64,000 bases of DNA from Mycobacteriaceae bacterium. GTDB lineage: Bacteria > Bacteroidota > Bacteroidia > Bacteroidales > Paludibacteraceae. The position numbers were made by a program, and so were the translations under genes. Below the pieces are notes generated by a model, which saw nothing but the letters and a program-made list of their open reading frames with translations, was not told where the DNA came from and did no database searches. This document shows, in pieces, positions 27,602 through 37,660 of this stretch. The stretch is taken from contig CAVGOI010000006.1 in the NCBI GenBank assembly GCA_963630875.1, forward strand, positions 2,531 to 66,530, written 5' to 3'. Position 1 is the first letter of the stretch. Every line of letters begins with the position of its first letter.

Positions 27602-28846
27602 CTACTCCAGCGCATGTATCACCAACCCCGACCTCAGTTTGGGTTCGAACCAAGTGGCCTTGGGAGGCATGATATGACCGGTATCGGCAATGCGGATAAT
27701 CTGTTGCATGGTTACGGGATAGAGGGCCAGTGCGGCTTTCATTTCGCCGGAATCGACGCGTTGTTTGAGGGCGTCGAGTCCCCGCAGTCCGCCCACAAAG
27801 TCTATCCGTTTGTCTGTTCGCAGGTCTTTGATTCCCAGCAACTTGTCCAATATCAGCCGCGACGACACCGACACATCCAGCACGCCTATCGGGTCACTGT
27901 CGTCGTACCGTCCCGCACGCGTTGTGAGTTTGTACCATTTCCCGCCCGCATACAGCGAGAACTCGTGCAGTTTCTCCGGCCGATAGGGTTCCGTCCCTTT
28001 CTCTTCGACCTCAAAATCCTCCTCCAATGCTTTGAGGAACTGTCCGGTGGTCATGCCGTTGAGGTCGCGCACCACGCGGTTGTAATCCATCACATAGAGT
28101 TGATTGTCGGGGAAGCACACGGCGAGGAAGTAGTTATATTCTTCTTTCCCCGTGTGGTGCGGGTTTTGCCGTTTCATCTCATCGCCCACGAGTGCCGCAG
28201 CCGCGCTACGATGGTGTCCGTCGGCGATATACATGGCGGGTATTTTCGCCATGATTGCGGTAACGGAGTGTATGGTTTCGGGGTCTTTAATCACCCAGAA
28301 CCGGTGTTCGAACCCGTCGGGTTGCGACACGAAGTCGTATTCGGGCTTCCCGGCAGTTACTTTCGCCACCAAAGCGTCGAGGTCGGCTTGGTGGGGGTAG
28401 GCAAAGAAAACGGGCTCCATATTGGCACGGTTGATACGCACGTGCTTCATGCGGTCTTCTTCCTTGTCGCGTCGGGTGAGTTCGTGTTTTTTTATTCTCC
28501 CCGCCATATAGTCTTCCACCCATGCAGCGACCACCAATCCGTATTGCGTGCGTGTGCCCATGGTCTGCGCATAGACATAGTAGCAGTCTTCGGAGTCTTG
28601 TTTCAGCCAGCCTTCTTGGAGGAAGTGTTCAAACTGTTGTCGTGCGGCGTCATAGACTCTTTCGTCGTGTTCATCGGTGCCTTCGGGGAAGTTAATCTCG
28701 GGCTTGATGATATGGTAGAGGGACATCGCGTTGCCCTCGGCCTCGCGTCGTGCCTCGTCGGAGTTGAGCACATCGTACGGACGGCTGCTCACTTGTTCCA
28801 CGAGTTCTTGTGGCGGTCGTATTCCGCGGAAGGGTTTAACTTTCAT
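27602..28846 (-). CDS. DUF1015 family protein
   Basis: 414 aa. MKVKPFRGIRPPQELVEQVSSRPYDVLNSDEAR and ADGHHRSAAA match what I recall as DUF1015 hallmarks. Confidence 0.8.
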   Translation of the reverse strand: MKVKPFRGIRPPQELVEQVSSRPYDVLNSDEARREAEGNAMSLYHIIKPEINFPEGTDEHDERVYDAARQQFEHFLQEGWLKQDSEDCYYVYAQTMGTRTQYGLVVAAWVEDYMAGRIKKHELTRRDKEEDRMKHVRINRANMEPVFFAYPHQADLDALVAKVTAGKPEYDFVSQPDGFEHRFWVIKDPETIHSVTAIMAKIPAMYIADGHHRSAAAALVGDEMKRQNPHHTGKEEYNYFLAVCFPDNQLYVMDYNRVVRDLNGMTTGQFLKALEEDFEVEEKGTEPYRPEKLHEFSLYAGGKWYKLTTRAGRYDDSDPIGVLDVSVSSRLILDKLLGIKDLRTDKRIDFVGGLRGLDALKQRVDSGEMKAALALYPVTMQQIIRIADTGHIMPPKATWFEPKLRSGLVIHALE

Positions 28847-28872
28847 GGTGTGTTTTTGATATAGCGATCCCG

Positions 28873-29247
28873 TTACTTTTTGGGTGCGTTTTGCGGTTCA
28901 TTGGCGGCTTTGCCCATGGTGCAGGTTCCGTTGAACACGGCGTTGGGTTCCACCATGAGGGTTTGTGTGTTTATTTCGCCTTTTATGCGGCTTGTAGCGC
29001 GCAGTGCGAGGGTGTATTTGACATTTATTTTTCCATCCAGCGCCCCCATAATTTCCGCGCTTTGGCAGGCTACGGTGCCTTTGATAAATCCTTGTTCACC
29101 GATTACCAGTTTGCCGGAGCAGGTTACATCTCCCTCGATGATACCGTCCACCCGAATATCGCTGTCGGTAACGATGGTTCCGACAATTTTGCTGCCGGAG
29201 GTCAGTGCGTTGTACAGTGTGCCTGAGTTTTGTTGCGTTGTTGCCAT
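28873..29247 (-). CDS. Bactofilin family cytoskeletal protein
   Basis: About 124 aa from MATTQQ. Repetitive beta-helix pattern (IVGTIVTDSDIRVDGIIEGDVTCSGKLVIGEQGFIKGTVACQSAEIMGALDGKINV...). Confidence 0.8.
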   Translation of the reverse strand: MATTQQNSGTLYNALTSGSKIVGTIVTDSDIRVDGIIEGDVTCSGKLVIGEQGFIKGTVACQSAEIMGALDGKINVKYTLALRATSRIKGEINTQTLMVEPNAVFNGTCTMGKAANEPQNAPKK

Positions 29248-29342
29248 ATTATTTGTTTTAGCTAATCTGTTCGTTTTATTTTTTCTCTGTTTCCAAAGCC
29301 TTCCACCCCTCTTTACGGGGCATTCCACTCCAAAGTAGCGCG

Positions 29343-29373
29343 CAAAGGTAGTGATTTATTTGGAAGTATGCAA
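29343..29373 (-). promoter_or_regulatory. Promoter TTG-N20-TACCTTTG for bactofilin/DUF1015 (and probably downstream genes)
   Basis: The minus strand reads aacTTGcatacttccaaataaatcacTACCTTTG. Its position argues against the long ORF start at 29328. Confidence 0.55.
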
Positions 29374-29446
29374 GTTGCAGGCAATATGTACGCAATTTTT
29401 CCAAAAAAAATCAATGGTCAATTACATGGTAATTACAGTTGATGGG

Positions 29447-29639
29447 TTTATGGGTTTAGTTTATCCGTTTATGGGTTTATGCGTGGTTTAGTTGGTTTAT
29501 GGGTTTATCCGTTTATGGGTTGATGAGTTTATGCGTGGTTTAGTTGGTTTTGGGTTAAGGGGTTAAGCAGCAACTCTTTCACTTCTCAACCCACTAAACC
29601 CATTCAACCACGCATAAACGGATAAACTAAACCCATAAA
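29447..29639. repeat. 26-bp perfect inverted repeat separated by 141 nt, embedded in tandemly duplicated 'gtttatggg' word repeats
   Basis: tttatgggtttagtttatccgtttat (29447-29472) is the exact reverse complement of ataaacggataaactaaacccataaa (29614-29639). The left arm region is itself duplicated (29445-29498 and 29495-29550). Confidence 0.85.
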
Positions 29640-29651
29640 CTCATAAACAAC

Positions 29652-29693
29652 ACTCAACTTCCCCCCCTCTTTGAGGTGGGGGAAGGGGGAGTC
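29652..29693. repeat. Solo hairpin copy of the GT-borne palindromic element
   Basis: actcaacttccccccctc-ttt-gaggtgggggaagggggagtc. It shares the exact 16-mer gggggaagggggagtc with 21395-21410 and is followed by a T6 run. Confidence 0.7.
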
Positions 29694-29725
29694 TTTTTTA
29701 AAGATTTTGTCCCTTTTTCGCGCCA

Positions 29726-29757
29726 TTTGCACACCTGCCAAAAAAGTACTACCTTTG
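29726..29757 (+). promoter_or_regulatory. Promoter TTTG-N20-TACCTTTG
   Basis: caTTTGcacacctgccaaaaaagtacTACCTTTG, 34 nt upstream of the ATG at 29791. Confidence 0.6.
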
Positions 29758-29790
29758 CCGCGCGAAAATGCAGGCAAAAATCGAAAAGGG

Positions 29791-30000
29791 ATGAAAGAGG
29801 TATTGTTAACGCTCGGAGTGGTGGCACTCGCATTTATTTTGTTGAGTGTCCGCGTCTTGTTGAAGAAAAACGGGAAGTTCTCCTCGCAGCACATCGCGGA
29901 AAACAAGCGTATGCGTGAGCGGGGCATCGGTTGTGCCACCTCGCAGGATCGGGCGGCGCAGCGGGAGTCTGCCCATAAGATAGATGTGAATGCGCTGTAA
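29791..30000 (+). CDS. Small membrane protein (single TM)
   Basis: 69 aa: MKEVLLTLGVVALAFILLSVRVLLKKNGKFSSQHI...GIGCATSQD. It lies downstream of a consensus promoter and overlaps the next gene's start by 11 nt. The listed longer ORF from 29671 would start upstream of the promoter. Confidence 0.55.
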   Translation: MKEVLLTLGVVALAFILLSVRVLLKKNGKFSSQHIAENKRMRERGIGCATSQDRAAQRESAHKIDVNAL

Positions 30001-32059
30001 ACCAATCATATACATAGTAGGAAGGGCGGTCGTATCCGGCGGCTTGGTCGTGGTATGTCTGTGCCTTTCGTCGTGCAGCCTCACGGCCCGTCTGCGCAAG
30101 GCGGACAAGAAATACGCGATTGGAGAATACTACGACGCAGGAGAAATGTACCGCCAACTTTACAGCAAGGTGCCGCAGAAGCAGAAAGACCTGCGTGCGC
30201 AAGTAGCATTCAAGCAGGGCGAGTGCCAGCGTATCCTGAATAATACGCGGGCAACGACTGCCTACAAGAACGCCATCAAGTACCATTATCCCGACTCCAT
30301 CGTCTATTTGCGCTATGCACAAGCCTTGCAGTACCAAGGAAAGTACCGCGAGGCAGCGCAGCAGTACGACTTGTATCTGCAGGCATATCCCGACAGTTAT
30401 GTCGCGCAGGCGGGTCGTTATGCCTGCCATGTCGTGGGGGAGTGGCGCAAGTCGCCCACGCGTTACACGGTAACACCGGCGAAGGAGTTCAACACCAAGC
30501 GCACATCGAACTTGGCACCGGCTTTCACCGATGAGGAGGGTAGCAGCCTCGTCTTTACCTCCAACCGCACAGAGCAAACCAAGAGCAAGAAGAAAGTGCG
30601 CAATTCTCCCGTAACAGGAGCCTCCACCTTCAATCTGTATAGCGCGCGGAAGAACGCCGCCGGTCAATGGGAGGACATCGAACTTTGCGAGGGGTTATAC
30701 GAAGAGCAGGAAGCGGAAGCAAGCGGCGATGGGGAGGATAGCGGCACACAGCGCAAGACGAACTCGGCAGAGTTGGGCGTTTGCTGTTTCACGCCAGACG
30801 GACGCACGATGTACTTTACTTTCTCCTGCCCCGTAAACGGACAGGACTTGGGTACCAAAATCTATATGTCTTCGCGCACGGGAGGAGCGTGGGGCGAGGC
30901 ACAGGAGGTGAAACTCTTTGCCGACAGCAGTATAACGGTGGGTCATCCGGCACTCTGCCCTACGGGAGATACCTTGTACTTTGTATCCGACGCCCCAGGA
31001 GGTTTCGGGGGAAAAGACATCTACCGCGCGGTGGGTAGCGGCGCAGAGTGGAGCGACATCGAAAATTTAGGCGCGAAGATCAACACCGCCGATGATGAAC
31101 TCTACCCGTTTGTACGCGCGGACGGCAGACTGTTTTTCTCGTCAAAAGGACACCCGGGCTACGGAGGTTTGGACTTGTTTTACGCCAACCGCGTTGATAC
31201 GGCGTGGGAGGTATTCAACATGGGTATGCCGTTCAACTCGCAGTATGACGACTTCGGCATTGCTTTTGCGGGCAGCAGTGAGAGCGGCTTCTTCACATCC
31301 AACCGCGCAGATAAACAGAAGTACGACCAACTGTACCGGTTCGTTTTACCCGCCCTCGAATTTTTCGTGGAGGGCATCGTAGCAGATCCGCAGGGCGAAC
31401 CTGTCGCGGACGCTGCCATTCGCTTGGTAGGAGACGACGGCACCAATGTGCGTACACAGGTACGCCGCGACGGCACCTACCGGTTGCGCTTGCAGCAAGG
31501 CGTGCGCTACATCATGCTTTCCACGGCACGAGGCTACCTCAACACACGGGATTCGTTCAACACACTGCGCTTGAAAGACAGCAAGACCTACACACAGGAT
31601 TTCACCCTCGCTCCCATCAGTAAGCCCGTAACGATGAACAACATTTTTTACGAGTTCGGGAAATGGGACATTTCCCCTGCATCGGAACAGGGACTGCAAG
31701 CCTTGGTCAAACTGCTGAACGACAATCCAAACATCACCATCGAACTCTCTGCTCATACAGATATGAAGGGAGACTCTGTCTTCAACGCAACGCTGTCGGA
31801 CAAGCGAGCCAAGGCGGTCTGCGCCTATCTGATTCAGCAGGGTATCGATGCCGAGCGGCTCACGCCGGTGGGTTACGGCAAGCAGAAGCCGGTTACGGCA
31901 GACCAAGCCCTGCACAAGCAATATCCTTTCATTCCGGTAGGACAGGCGTTGGACGAAACTTTCATTCTTTCTCTGCCCGCCGACCAACAAGAGACCTGCA
32001 ATCAAATAAACCGCCGCACAGAATTCAAGGTGCTGCGAACCACCTACAAACTCTATTAG
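29990..32059 (+). CDS. OmpA-family lipoprotein with TPR, WD40-like (TolB-type) repeats and a CarboxypepD_reg-like domain
   Basis: 689 aa with lipobox LCLSSC. Repeated YFTFS / LYFVSD / LFFSSK / GFFTSNR propeller motifs. The C-terminal OmpA domain has [26 protein letters not shown] and NRRTEFKVL. Confidence 0.85.
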   Translation: MRCKPIIYIVGRAVVSGGLVVVCLCLSSCSLTARLRKADKKYAIGEYYDAGEMYRQLYSKVPQKQKDLRAQVAFKQGECQRILNNTRATTAYKNAIKYHYPDSIVYLRYAQALQYQGKYREAAQQYDLYLQAYPDSYVAQAGRYACHVVGEWRKSPTRYTVTPAKEFNTKRTSNLAPAFTDEEGSSLVFTSNRTEQTKSKKKVRNSPVTGASTFNLYSARKNAAGQWEDIELCEGLYEEQEAEASGDGEDSGTQRKTNSAELGVCCFTPDGRTMYFTFSCPVNGQDLGTKIYMSSRTGGAWGEAQEVKLFADSSITVGHPALCPTGDTLYFVSDAPGGFGGKDIYRAVGSGAEWSDIENLGAKINTADDELYPFVRADGRLFFSSKGHPGYGGLDLFYANRVDTAWEVFNMGMPFNSQYDDFGIAFAGSSESGFFTSNRADKQKYDQLYRFVLPALEFFVEGIVADPQGEPVADAAIRLVGDDGTNVRTQVRRDGTYRLRLQQGVRYIMLSTARGYLNTRDSFNTLRLKDSKTYTQDFTLAPISKPVTMNNIFYEFGKWDISPASEQGLQALVKLLNDNPNITIELSAHTDMKGDSVFNATLSDKRAKAVCAYLIQQGIDAERLTPVGYGKQKPVTADQALHKQYPFIPVGQALDETFILSLPADQQETCNQINRRTEFKVLRTTYKLY

Positions 32060-32069
32060 ACCTCGGAAT

Positions 32070-32864
32070 ATGCAACAATATCTTGATTTATGCCGACGCG
32101 TGTTGGCAGAGGGCGTACAGAAAGAAGACAGGACGGGTACCGGAACGCTGTCGGTCTTTGGACACCAAATGCGCTTTGCTATGGAGGATGGTTTTCCGCT
32201 TCTCACGACAAAGAAGTTGCACCTCAAATCCATCATCTACGAATTGTTGTGGTTTCTGCAGGGCGACACCAATGTGCATTACTTGCAAGAACACGGCGTG
32301 CATATCTGGGATGAGTGGGCGGATGCCAACGGCGACCTCGGACCCGTGTATGGTCATCAATGGCGCAGTTGGAGGGATTACGACGGAACCACGATTGACC
32401 AAATCCGCAATGTCGTCGCGCAGATACGCCAACATCCCGACTCGCGCCGACTGATTGTGAGCGCATGGAATGTCGCGGAGGTCGATACCATGGCGCTCCC
32501 GCCTTGCCATACCCTCTTTCAGTTCTATGTAGCACACGGGAAATTATCCCTACAACTCTACCAGCGTTCTGCGGACATCTTTTTGGGTGTGCCGTTCAAT
32601 ATAGCCTCCTACGCACTGCTGTTGCTCATGGTAGCACAGGTTTGCGGACTGCAAGCGGGCGATTTTGTACACACCTTCGGCGATGCGCATATCTACCTCA
32701 ATCACATCGACCAGGTACGCTTGCAACTCACCCGCACGCCGCGCCCGCTGCCTACGATGCACCTCAATCCCGCTGTACAGGATATTTTCAACTTTCATTA
32801 CGAGGACTTCCTGTTGGAGGGCTACGACCCGTATCCCCATATCGCAGGAGCCGTCAGCGTATAA
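32070..32864 (+). CDS. thyA: Thymidylate synthase
   Basis: 264 aa with [26 protein letters not shown] (catalytic Cys) and [19 protein letters not shown]. Confidence 0.97.
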   Translation: MQQYLDLCRRVLAEGVQKEDRTGTGTLSVFGHQMRFAMEDGFPLLTTKKLHLKSIIYELLWFLQGDTNVHYLQEHGVHIWDEWADANGDLGPVYGHQWRSWRDYDGTTIDQIRNVVAQIRQHPDSRRLIVSAWNVAEVDTMALPPCHTLFQFYVAHGKLSLQLYQRSADIFLGVPFNIASYALLLLMVAQVCGLQAGDFVHTFGDAHIYLNHIDQVRLQLTRTPRPLPTMHLNPAVQDIFNFHYEDFLLEGYDPYPHIAGAVSV

Positions 32865-32889
32865 CCCGCCGTTTGCCTTGTTATTGCCT

Positions 32890-33387
32890 ATGTTATCCCT
32901 TATAGTTGCCATCGACGAAAACTACGCCATCGGAAAAGCCGGCGGCCTGCTCTGTCACTTGCCCGATGATTTGCGCCACTTTCAAGCCATCACCCTCCAT
33001 TCAACGGTCATCATGGGGGAAAAGACCTTCTTCTCGCTGCCGCGCCACCCGCTGCCCAACCGCAGAAATATCGTCATCACAGACCGTGTGGACTTCGCGT
33101 TTGAAGGCACGGAAGCAGCCCGCTCCATCGAAGAGGCGATGGACAAGGTACGCACCGAACAGGAGGCATTTATCATCGGCGGAGGCAGCATCTACCGCCA
33201 AATGCTGCCCTACGCCCGAAAGTTGTACATCACGCATATCCACCACGCTTGGGAGGATGCCGATACCTTTTTCCCGCGCCTTCAACCCACCGACTGGCAA
33301 CTGCTGAACGAGGAACATCACCCCGCCGATGCACGCAACCCCTACCCCTATACCTTCGCCGAATACGCGAGGATAGACCCTCAATAG
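32890..33387 (+). CDS. folA: Dihydrofolate reductase
   Basis: 165 aa from MLSLIVAIDENYAIGKAGGLLCHLPDDLRHFQ..., GGGSIY. It immediately follows thyA. The listed ORF start at 32665 overlaps thyA out of frame. Confidence 0.9.
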   Translation: MLSLIVAIDENYAIGKAGGLLCHLPDDLRHFQAITLHSTVIMGEKTFFSLPRHPLPNRRNIVITDRVDFAFEGTEAARSIEEAMDKVRTEQEAFIIGGGSIYRQMLPYARKLYITHIHHAWEDADTFFPRLQPTDWQLLNEEHHPADARNPYPYTFAEYARIDPQ

Positions 33388-34953
33388 ATGATCAATACAA
33401 CCAATATGGAATTAAGCGAACAAGAACAAGTACGCAGACAGAGTCTGCAAACCCTGCGCGATATGGATATTGACCCGTATCCTGCCGCCGAGTATGTAGT
33501 TACCGGCTACTCAAAAGACATCAAAGACTCGTTTAAGGACGACGACCCCACCGCTGCTTGGTTTACGGGCAAGGAAGTACGCATCGCCGGGCGACTGATG
33601 TCCCGCCGCATTATGGGCAAAGCCTCGTTCATTGAGTTGCAAGACTCAAAGGGGCGCATTCAGGTGTATGTAAGTCGTGACGACATACAAGCCCCCACAG
33701 CCGAAAGCGAAACACCCACCACGGTAGAACAACAAATGTACAATGTGGTTTTCAAGAAGTTGCTTGATATCGGCGATTTCATCGGCATCGAGGGCTTCAC
33801 TTTCCGCACCCAAACGGGTGAGATTTCGGTACACGCCAAGCGTCTGACCGTATTGGCCAAGAGCCTGCGTCCGCTGCCTATCGTCAAATACAAAGACGGC
33901 GTGGCTTATGATGGTTTCAACGACCCGGAGCAACGCTATCGCCAACGCTACATTGACCTTGTGGTCAACGATGGCGTTAAAGAAACATTCCTCAAGCGGG
34001 CAACTATTATCCGCACGATGCGACAGGTGTTCGACGAAGCGGGCTACACAGAGGTAGAGACCCCCATTCTGCAACAGATTGCAGGCGGTGCATCGGCACG
34101 CCCGTTCATCACGCACCACAACGCACTCGATGTAGATATGTATCTGCGTATCGCTACCGAGCTGTATCTCAAGCGCTTGATTGTCGGCGGATTTGAGGGT
34201 GTGTACGAGATTGGGCGCAACTTCCGCAACGAGGGAATGGATCGCAGCCACAACCCCGAATTCACTTGTATGGAACTCTATGTGCAGTACAAAGACTACA
34301 ACTGGATGATGTCGTTCACCGAGCAGTTGTTGGAGCGTATTGCTATCGCCGTGAACGGAACAACCAAAGTGCAGATTGGCGACCACGAGGTAGATTTCAA
34401 AGCTCCCTATCGACGCTTGCCTATTCTTGATGCCATCAAAGAGAAAACCGGGCTTGACCTTAGCACAATGAGCGAAGACGAGATTCGCGAGGTTGCCAAG
34501 AAATACGGTGTAGAGGACACCGAGCATTTAGGCAAAGGCAAACTCATAGACGAGATATTCGGCGAGACCTGCGAGGGAAGTTTCATTCAGCCCACTTTCA
34601 TCACCGACTACCCTGTCGAGATGTCGCCACTCACCAAGATGCACCGCTCCAAACCCGGGCTGACCGAGCGTTTCGAGTTGATGGTCAATGGCAAGGAGTT
34701 AGCCAATGCATATAGCGAGTTAAATGACCCCATCGACCAATACAACCGCTTTGTAGAACAAATGAAGTTGGCAGACAAGGGCGACGATGAGGCTATGGTG
34801 ATAGACCACGACTTTATGCGTGCGCTCGAATACGGTATGCCGCCTACATCGGGTATCGGCATCGGCATCGACCGGTTAGCGATTCTCATGACCGGGCAAC
34901 CGACTATTCAAGAGGTGTTGCTTTTCCCCACCATGAAGCCGGAAGCGAATTAA
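33388..34953 (+). CDS. lysS: Lysine--tRNA ligase (class II)
   Basis: 521 aa with an OB-fold N-terminal domain. Class II motifs are present (ETPILQ, FRNEG, GIGIGIDRLAILM). An alternative start at MELSEQ (33406) is possible. Confidence 0.95.
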   Translation: MINTTNMELSEQEQVRRQSLQTLRDMDIDPYPAAEYVVTGYSKDIKDSFKDDDPTAAWFTGKEVRIAGRLMSRRIMGKASFIELQDSKGRIQVYVSRDDIQAPTAESETPTTVEQQMYNVVFKKLLDIGDFIGIEGFTFRTQTGEISVHAKRLTVLAKSLRPLPIVKYKDGVAYDGFNDPEQRYRQRYIDLVVNDGVKETFLKRATIIRTMRQVFDEAGYTEVETPILQQIAGGASARPFITHHNALDVDMYLRIATELYLKRLIVGGFEGVYEIGRNFRNEGMDRSHNPEFTCMELYVQYKDYNWMMSFTEQLLERIAIAVNGTTKVQIGDHEVDFKAPYRRLPILDAIKEKTGLDLSTMSEDEIREVAKKYGVEDTEHLGKGKLIDEIFGETCEGSFIQPTFITDYPVEMSPLTKMHRSKPGLTERFELMVNGKELANAYSELNDPIDQYNRFVEQMKLADKGDDEAMVIDHDFMRALEYGMPPTSGIGIGIDRLAILMTGQPTIQEVLLFPTMKPEAN

Positions 34954-34989
34954 ACAAGACAAACAATCATTTCTTTAAGGTACATAAAT

Positions 34990-36318
34990 ATGAAGGATAT
35001 TCAATTTTCCTACGCGAAAGCCGTGAGCGCGGACGCAGTAAGTGCGTACAAAGCCCCAATCGCCCACTGTCAGGAACAGTTGGTACAAGGCACGGGCAAA
35101 GGCAGTGATTTCTTGGGTTGGCTGACCTTGCCCGAAGACATCAAGCCGCAACTTCAAGACATTCAAGCCACAGCCGACCTGCTCCGCCGTGAGTGCGAGG
35201 TCATCGTTTGCATCGGCATAGGCGGCAGTTACTTGGGAGCGAAAGCCGTTATCGATGCACTTTCGAACTCCTTTGCATGGATTGAAAACAAAAAGCCGCT
35301 CATCGTCTATGCGGGACAGAACATCGGCGAGGACTACCTCTACGAGTTGCAGGAACTGCTGAAAGACAAACAATTCGGCCTCATCTGTATATCGAAATCA
35401 GGAACTACGACCGAACCTGCTCTCGCCTTCCGTCTGCTCAAGACGCAGTTGGAGAAGCAGCAGGGCGCAGCGGCGGCGCAAAAACGCATCGTCTGCATTA
35501 CGGACGCCAAGAAGGGAGCATTGCGCACCCTCGCCACGCAGGAGGGGTATAAGACCTTCGTCATCGAAGACAACATCGGCGGACGCTTCTCCGTCCTCTC
35601 GCCGGTGGGACTGCTACCTATCGCCTGCGCAGGGTTTGACATTCACGCCCTCATCGACGGCGCAGCGCGTATGGCAGCGATCTGCGGCATCGACACGCCT
35701 TTTGAGCAGAACCCTGCCGCCCTCTACGCAGCAGCCCGCAACAGCCTCTATTCGGAACAACACAAGAAGATCGAATTATTGGTGAATTTCCATCCCAAAC
35801 TCCACAATGTAAGCGAGTGGTGGAAACAACTCTACGGCGAATCGGAAGGCAAAGAGCATAAGGGGATATTCCCTGCCGGCGTTGACTTTACAACGGATCT
35901 GCACTCTATGGGTCAGTACATACAAGAGGGGGAACGCCATTTGTTCGAGACGGTTATTTCGGTCGAAGAGCCGAACCACAAGGTAGAGTTTCCCTACGAC
36001 GAAGCCAACTTGGACGGACTGAATTTCTTGGCCGGCAAACGCGTGGACGAAGTAAACAAGATGGCGGAACTTGGCACGATGCTGGCACATGTGGACGGCG
36101 GCGTCCCCAATATGAAGGTGACGCTTCCGAGACTTGACGAATATTACCTCGGCGAACTTATCTACTTCTTTGAGCGTGCCTGCGGCCTGTCGGGCTACTT
36201 GTTAGGAGTTAACCCGTTCAACCAACCGGGCGTCGAGGCTTACAAGAAGAACATGTTTGCCCTCCTCGACAAACCCGGCTACGAATCCGAGTCCAAAGCC
36301 CTTAAAGCGAGATTGTAA
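34990..36318 (+). CDS. pgi: Glucose-6-phosphate isomerase
   Basis: 442 aa with [26 protein letters not shown] and the SIS-domain C-terminal motifs. Confidence 0.95.
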   Translation: MKDIQFSYAKAVSADAVSAYKAPIAHCQEQLVQGTGKGSDFLGWLTLPEDIKPQLQDIQATADLLRRECEVIVCIGIGGSYLGAKAVIDALSNSFAWIENKKPLIVYAGQNIGEDYLYELQELLKDKQFGLICISKSGTTTEPALAFRLLKTQLEKQQGAAAAQKRIVCITDAKKGALRTLATQEGYKTFVIEDNIGGRFSVLSPVGLLPIACAGFDIHALIDGAARMAAICGIDTPFEQNPAALYAAARNSLYSEQHKKIELLVNFHPKLHNVSEWWKQLYGESEGKEHKGIFPAGVDFTTDLHSMGQYIQEGERHLFETVISVEEPNHKVEFPYDEANLDGLNFLAGKRVDEVNKMAELGTMLAHVDGGVPNMKVTLPRLDEYYLGELIYFFERACGLSGYLLGVNPFNQPGVEAYKKNMFALLDKPGYESESKALKARL

Positions 36319-36335
36319 GTCTCAAATTTATACAC

Positions 36336-36367
36336 AAAAAAGCGGCACCATAATGCCGCTTTTTTTA
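36336..36367. terminator. Bidirectional intrinsic terminator
   Basis: aaaaaa-AGCGGCA-ccataa-TGCCGCT-ttttttt: a 7-bp GC-rich stem flanked by A and T runs, between convergent pgi and the AT-rich gene. Confidence 0.8.
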
Positions 36368-36387
36368 TTGTTAGTATATTTCGAACT

Positions 36388-37470
36388 TTATATTTCGTCA
36401 TCATATAGATTTCTCTTTTTCATGCTATAGTAAGACACAATAATGTAGTACATTATGTCACCACCTTTACTTAATGATTTTTCAAATGATATTGTAATAG
36501 GTCTATATTCGTAATCATCTACAAATGCCCCACATGTACAGAATTTGTCATCTTCTTCATCTGTAAGTACTCTAAAATTAGAGTACTTTCTCTCATATTG
36601 AGATTTTACAGACTCGAAAAACATTAGAGCCTCTTCCTTTTTCCATGAATAAAATGGCTTTTGTAAATAGACCGAAACCAATTTTCCTTGTATAAAATAG
36701 AATGTTGCATACTGGTATGTTGTACCACCTATTTTTGTTTCATAGTAGTGTAACATATGTGAGTCAGAATCTAAAAGTCTATCGCTTTTGAGTCCTATGG
36801 TTCTACGCACTGTTTCCCTATCATCTCCAAACTTAACACCAGCAACTCCATATACTTTATTCTGTTCACAATAATCTGGCAAATTATTAAACTCATCCAC
36901 TAATTGTCTCAGTCCTGAAAAAAGGAGATTATAATACGTATCCTCACTAATGTATGAACAGCCAAATATAGAATCTGAAGAAGATGTCATTACTATTGTA
37001 TGTTCATCATGCCGAGACCATGTTTTAACACCCAAAAATTCTGCACTATCAGTAATTTGTTTAAATAAGAGTGTACTATCAGCAACCTCTAAACTTCCAT
37101 ATTTCTTATTCAATTTTTTTTGCACTATTTTTGTATATTGAATACAATCACCATTGCAACTATCTTGCATTAAGATTGCAAAGAAAGTATCATTCAAAAA
37201 GCTGACACCAATGGCATGAAATGTCTGCCCCTCGTGGTCATAGTCACCCTCGTAGTCGTATCTGGAGAAATGTATTTCATAAGTGTCATCATGGATAATA
37301 CTATCAATACTTTCGTGCAATTTGAAACCTTGTGCGGTTATTGCCTTTTGCACCTCCTCGGTTGTAGATTTACCCAAAGTACATCCGAAAAATGTGTTTT
37401 GAACACTCGTTTCTGCCAACATCGACAGGGTAGAAACCATTACAATGGCAAAAGATAAAAAATATCTCAT
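36388..37470 (-). CDS. Hypothetical secreted protein with two related domains, in an AT-rich islet
   Basis: 360 aa with signal peptide MRYFLSFAIVMVSTLSMLAETS. The two halves share a pattern (FFGCTLGKSTTEEVQKAI... / VYGVAGVKFGDDRETVRRTI..., each followed by an aromatic-rich sheet region and ...KKYG / ...RKYS). A hand count gives G+C of 18/60 at 36421-36480, against 31/60 at 36241-36300. Confidence 0.6.
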   Translation of the reverse strand: MRYFLSFAIVMVSTLSMLAETSVQNTFFGCTLGKSTTEEVQKAITAQGFKLHESIDSIIHDDTYEIHFSRYDYEGDYDHEGQTFHAIGVSFLNDTFFAILMQDSCNGDCIQYTKIVQKKLNKKYGSLEVADSTLLFKQITDSAEFLGVKTWSRHDEHTIVMTSSSDSIFGCSYISEDTYYNLLFSGLRQLVDEFNNLPDYCEQNKVYGVAGVKFGDDRETVRRTIGLKSDRLLDSDSHMLHYYETKIGGTTYQYATFYFIQGKLVSVYLQKPFYSWKKEEALMFFESVKSQYERKYSNFRVLTDEEDDKFCTCGAFVDDYEYRPITISFEKSLSKGGDIMYYIIVSYYSMKKRNLYDDEI

Positions 37471-37555
37471 ATGTATTTGATTTATTATATTTCTACATTA
37501 CAGCGAGCCACCTTGCGCAAGTATATATGGCATCACTACACATCCTTCTCGACTG

Positions 37556-37587
37556 CAAAGATACTGCTTTTCCAAAAAATATGCAAA
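37556..37587 (-). promoter_or_regulatory. Promoter TTTG-N20-TATCTTTG for the AT-rich gene
   Basis: The minus strand reads gtTTGcatattttttggaaaagcagTATCTTTG with a full TTTG at -33. It lies about 85 nt upstream of the ATG at 37470. Confidence 0.6.
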
Positions 37588-37660
37588 CAAAAGCCCATTC
37601 CGCTCGCAAAAAGCAACGACCCGCGAGAGACCCGCGACAAATTCACAATGTCCCCACTCG

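Noticed and set aside
27636-27650. A tRNA T-arm-like string, gggttcgaaccaag.
   Set aside because: It lies inside the DUF1015 coding sequence with no surrounding cloverleaf. I found no tRNA or rRNA gene in the window.
27614-28864. A 416-aa plus-strand ORF, and similar long antisense ORFs (11350-12534, 25726-26598, 47024-48349, 39531-40373, 5532-6359).
   Set aside because: Each lies antisense to a gene with clear family motifs (DUF1015, trpS, sugar transferase, porin and others). Their products are Arg/His/Val-rich with no motifs. These are typical shadow ORFs of moderately GC-rich coding DNA.
29447-29639. The 26-bp inverted repeats as an invertible promoter (a Bacteroides-style DNA inversion switch).
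   Set aside because: There is no TAnnTTTG box on either strand of the 141-nt spacer, and no serine or tyrosine recombinase gene in the window. I kept it as a finding only as an unexplained structure.
36388-37660. The AT-rich islet as a mobile element or prophage remnant.
   Set aside because: There is no integrase or transposase, and I could find no flanking direct or inverted repeats and no tRNA target. Only the compositional shift supports foreign origin, so it is reported as a hypothesis and not annotated as mobile.
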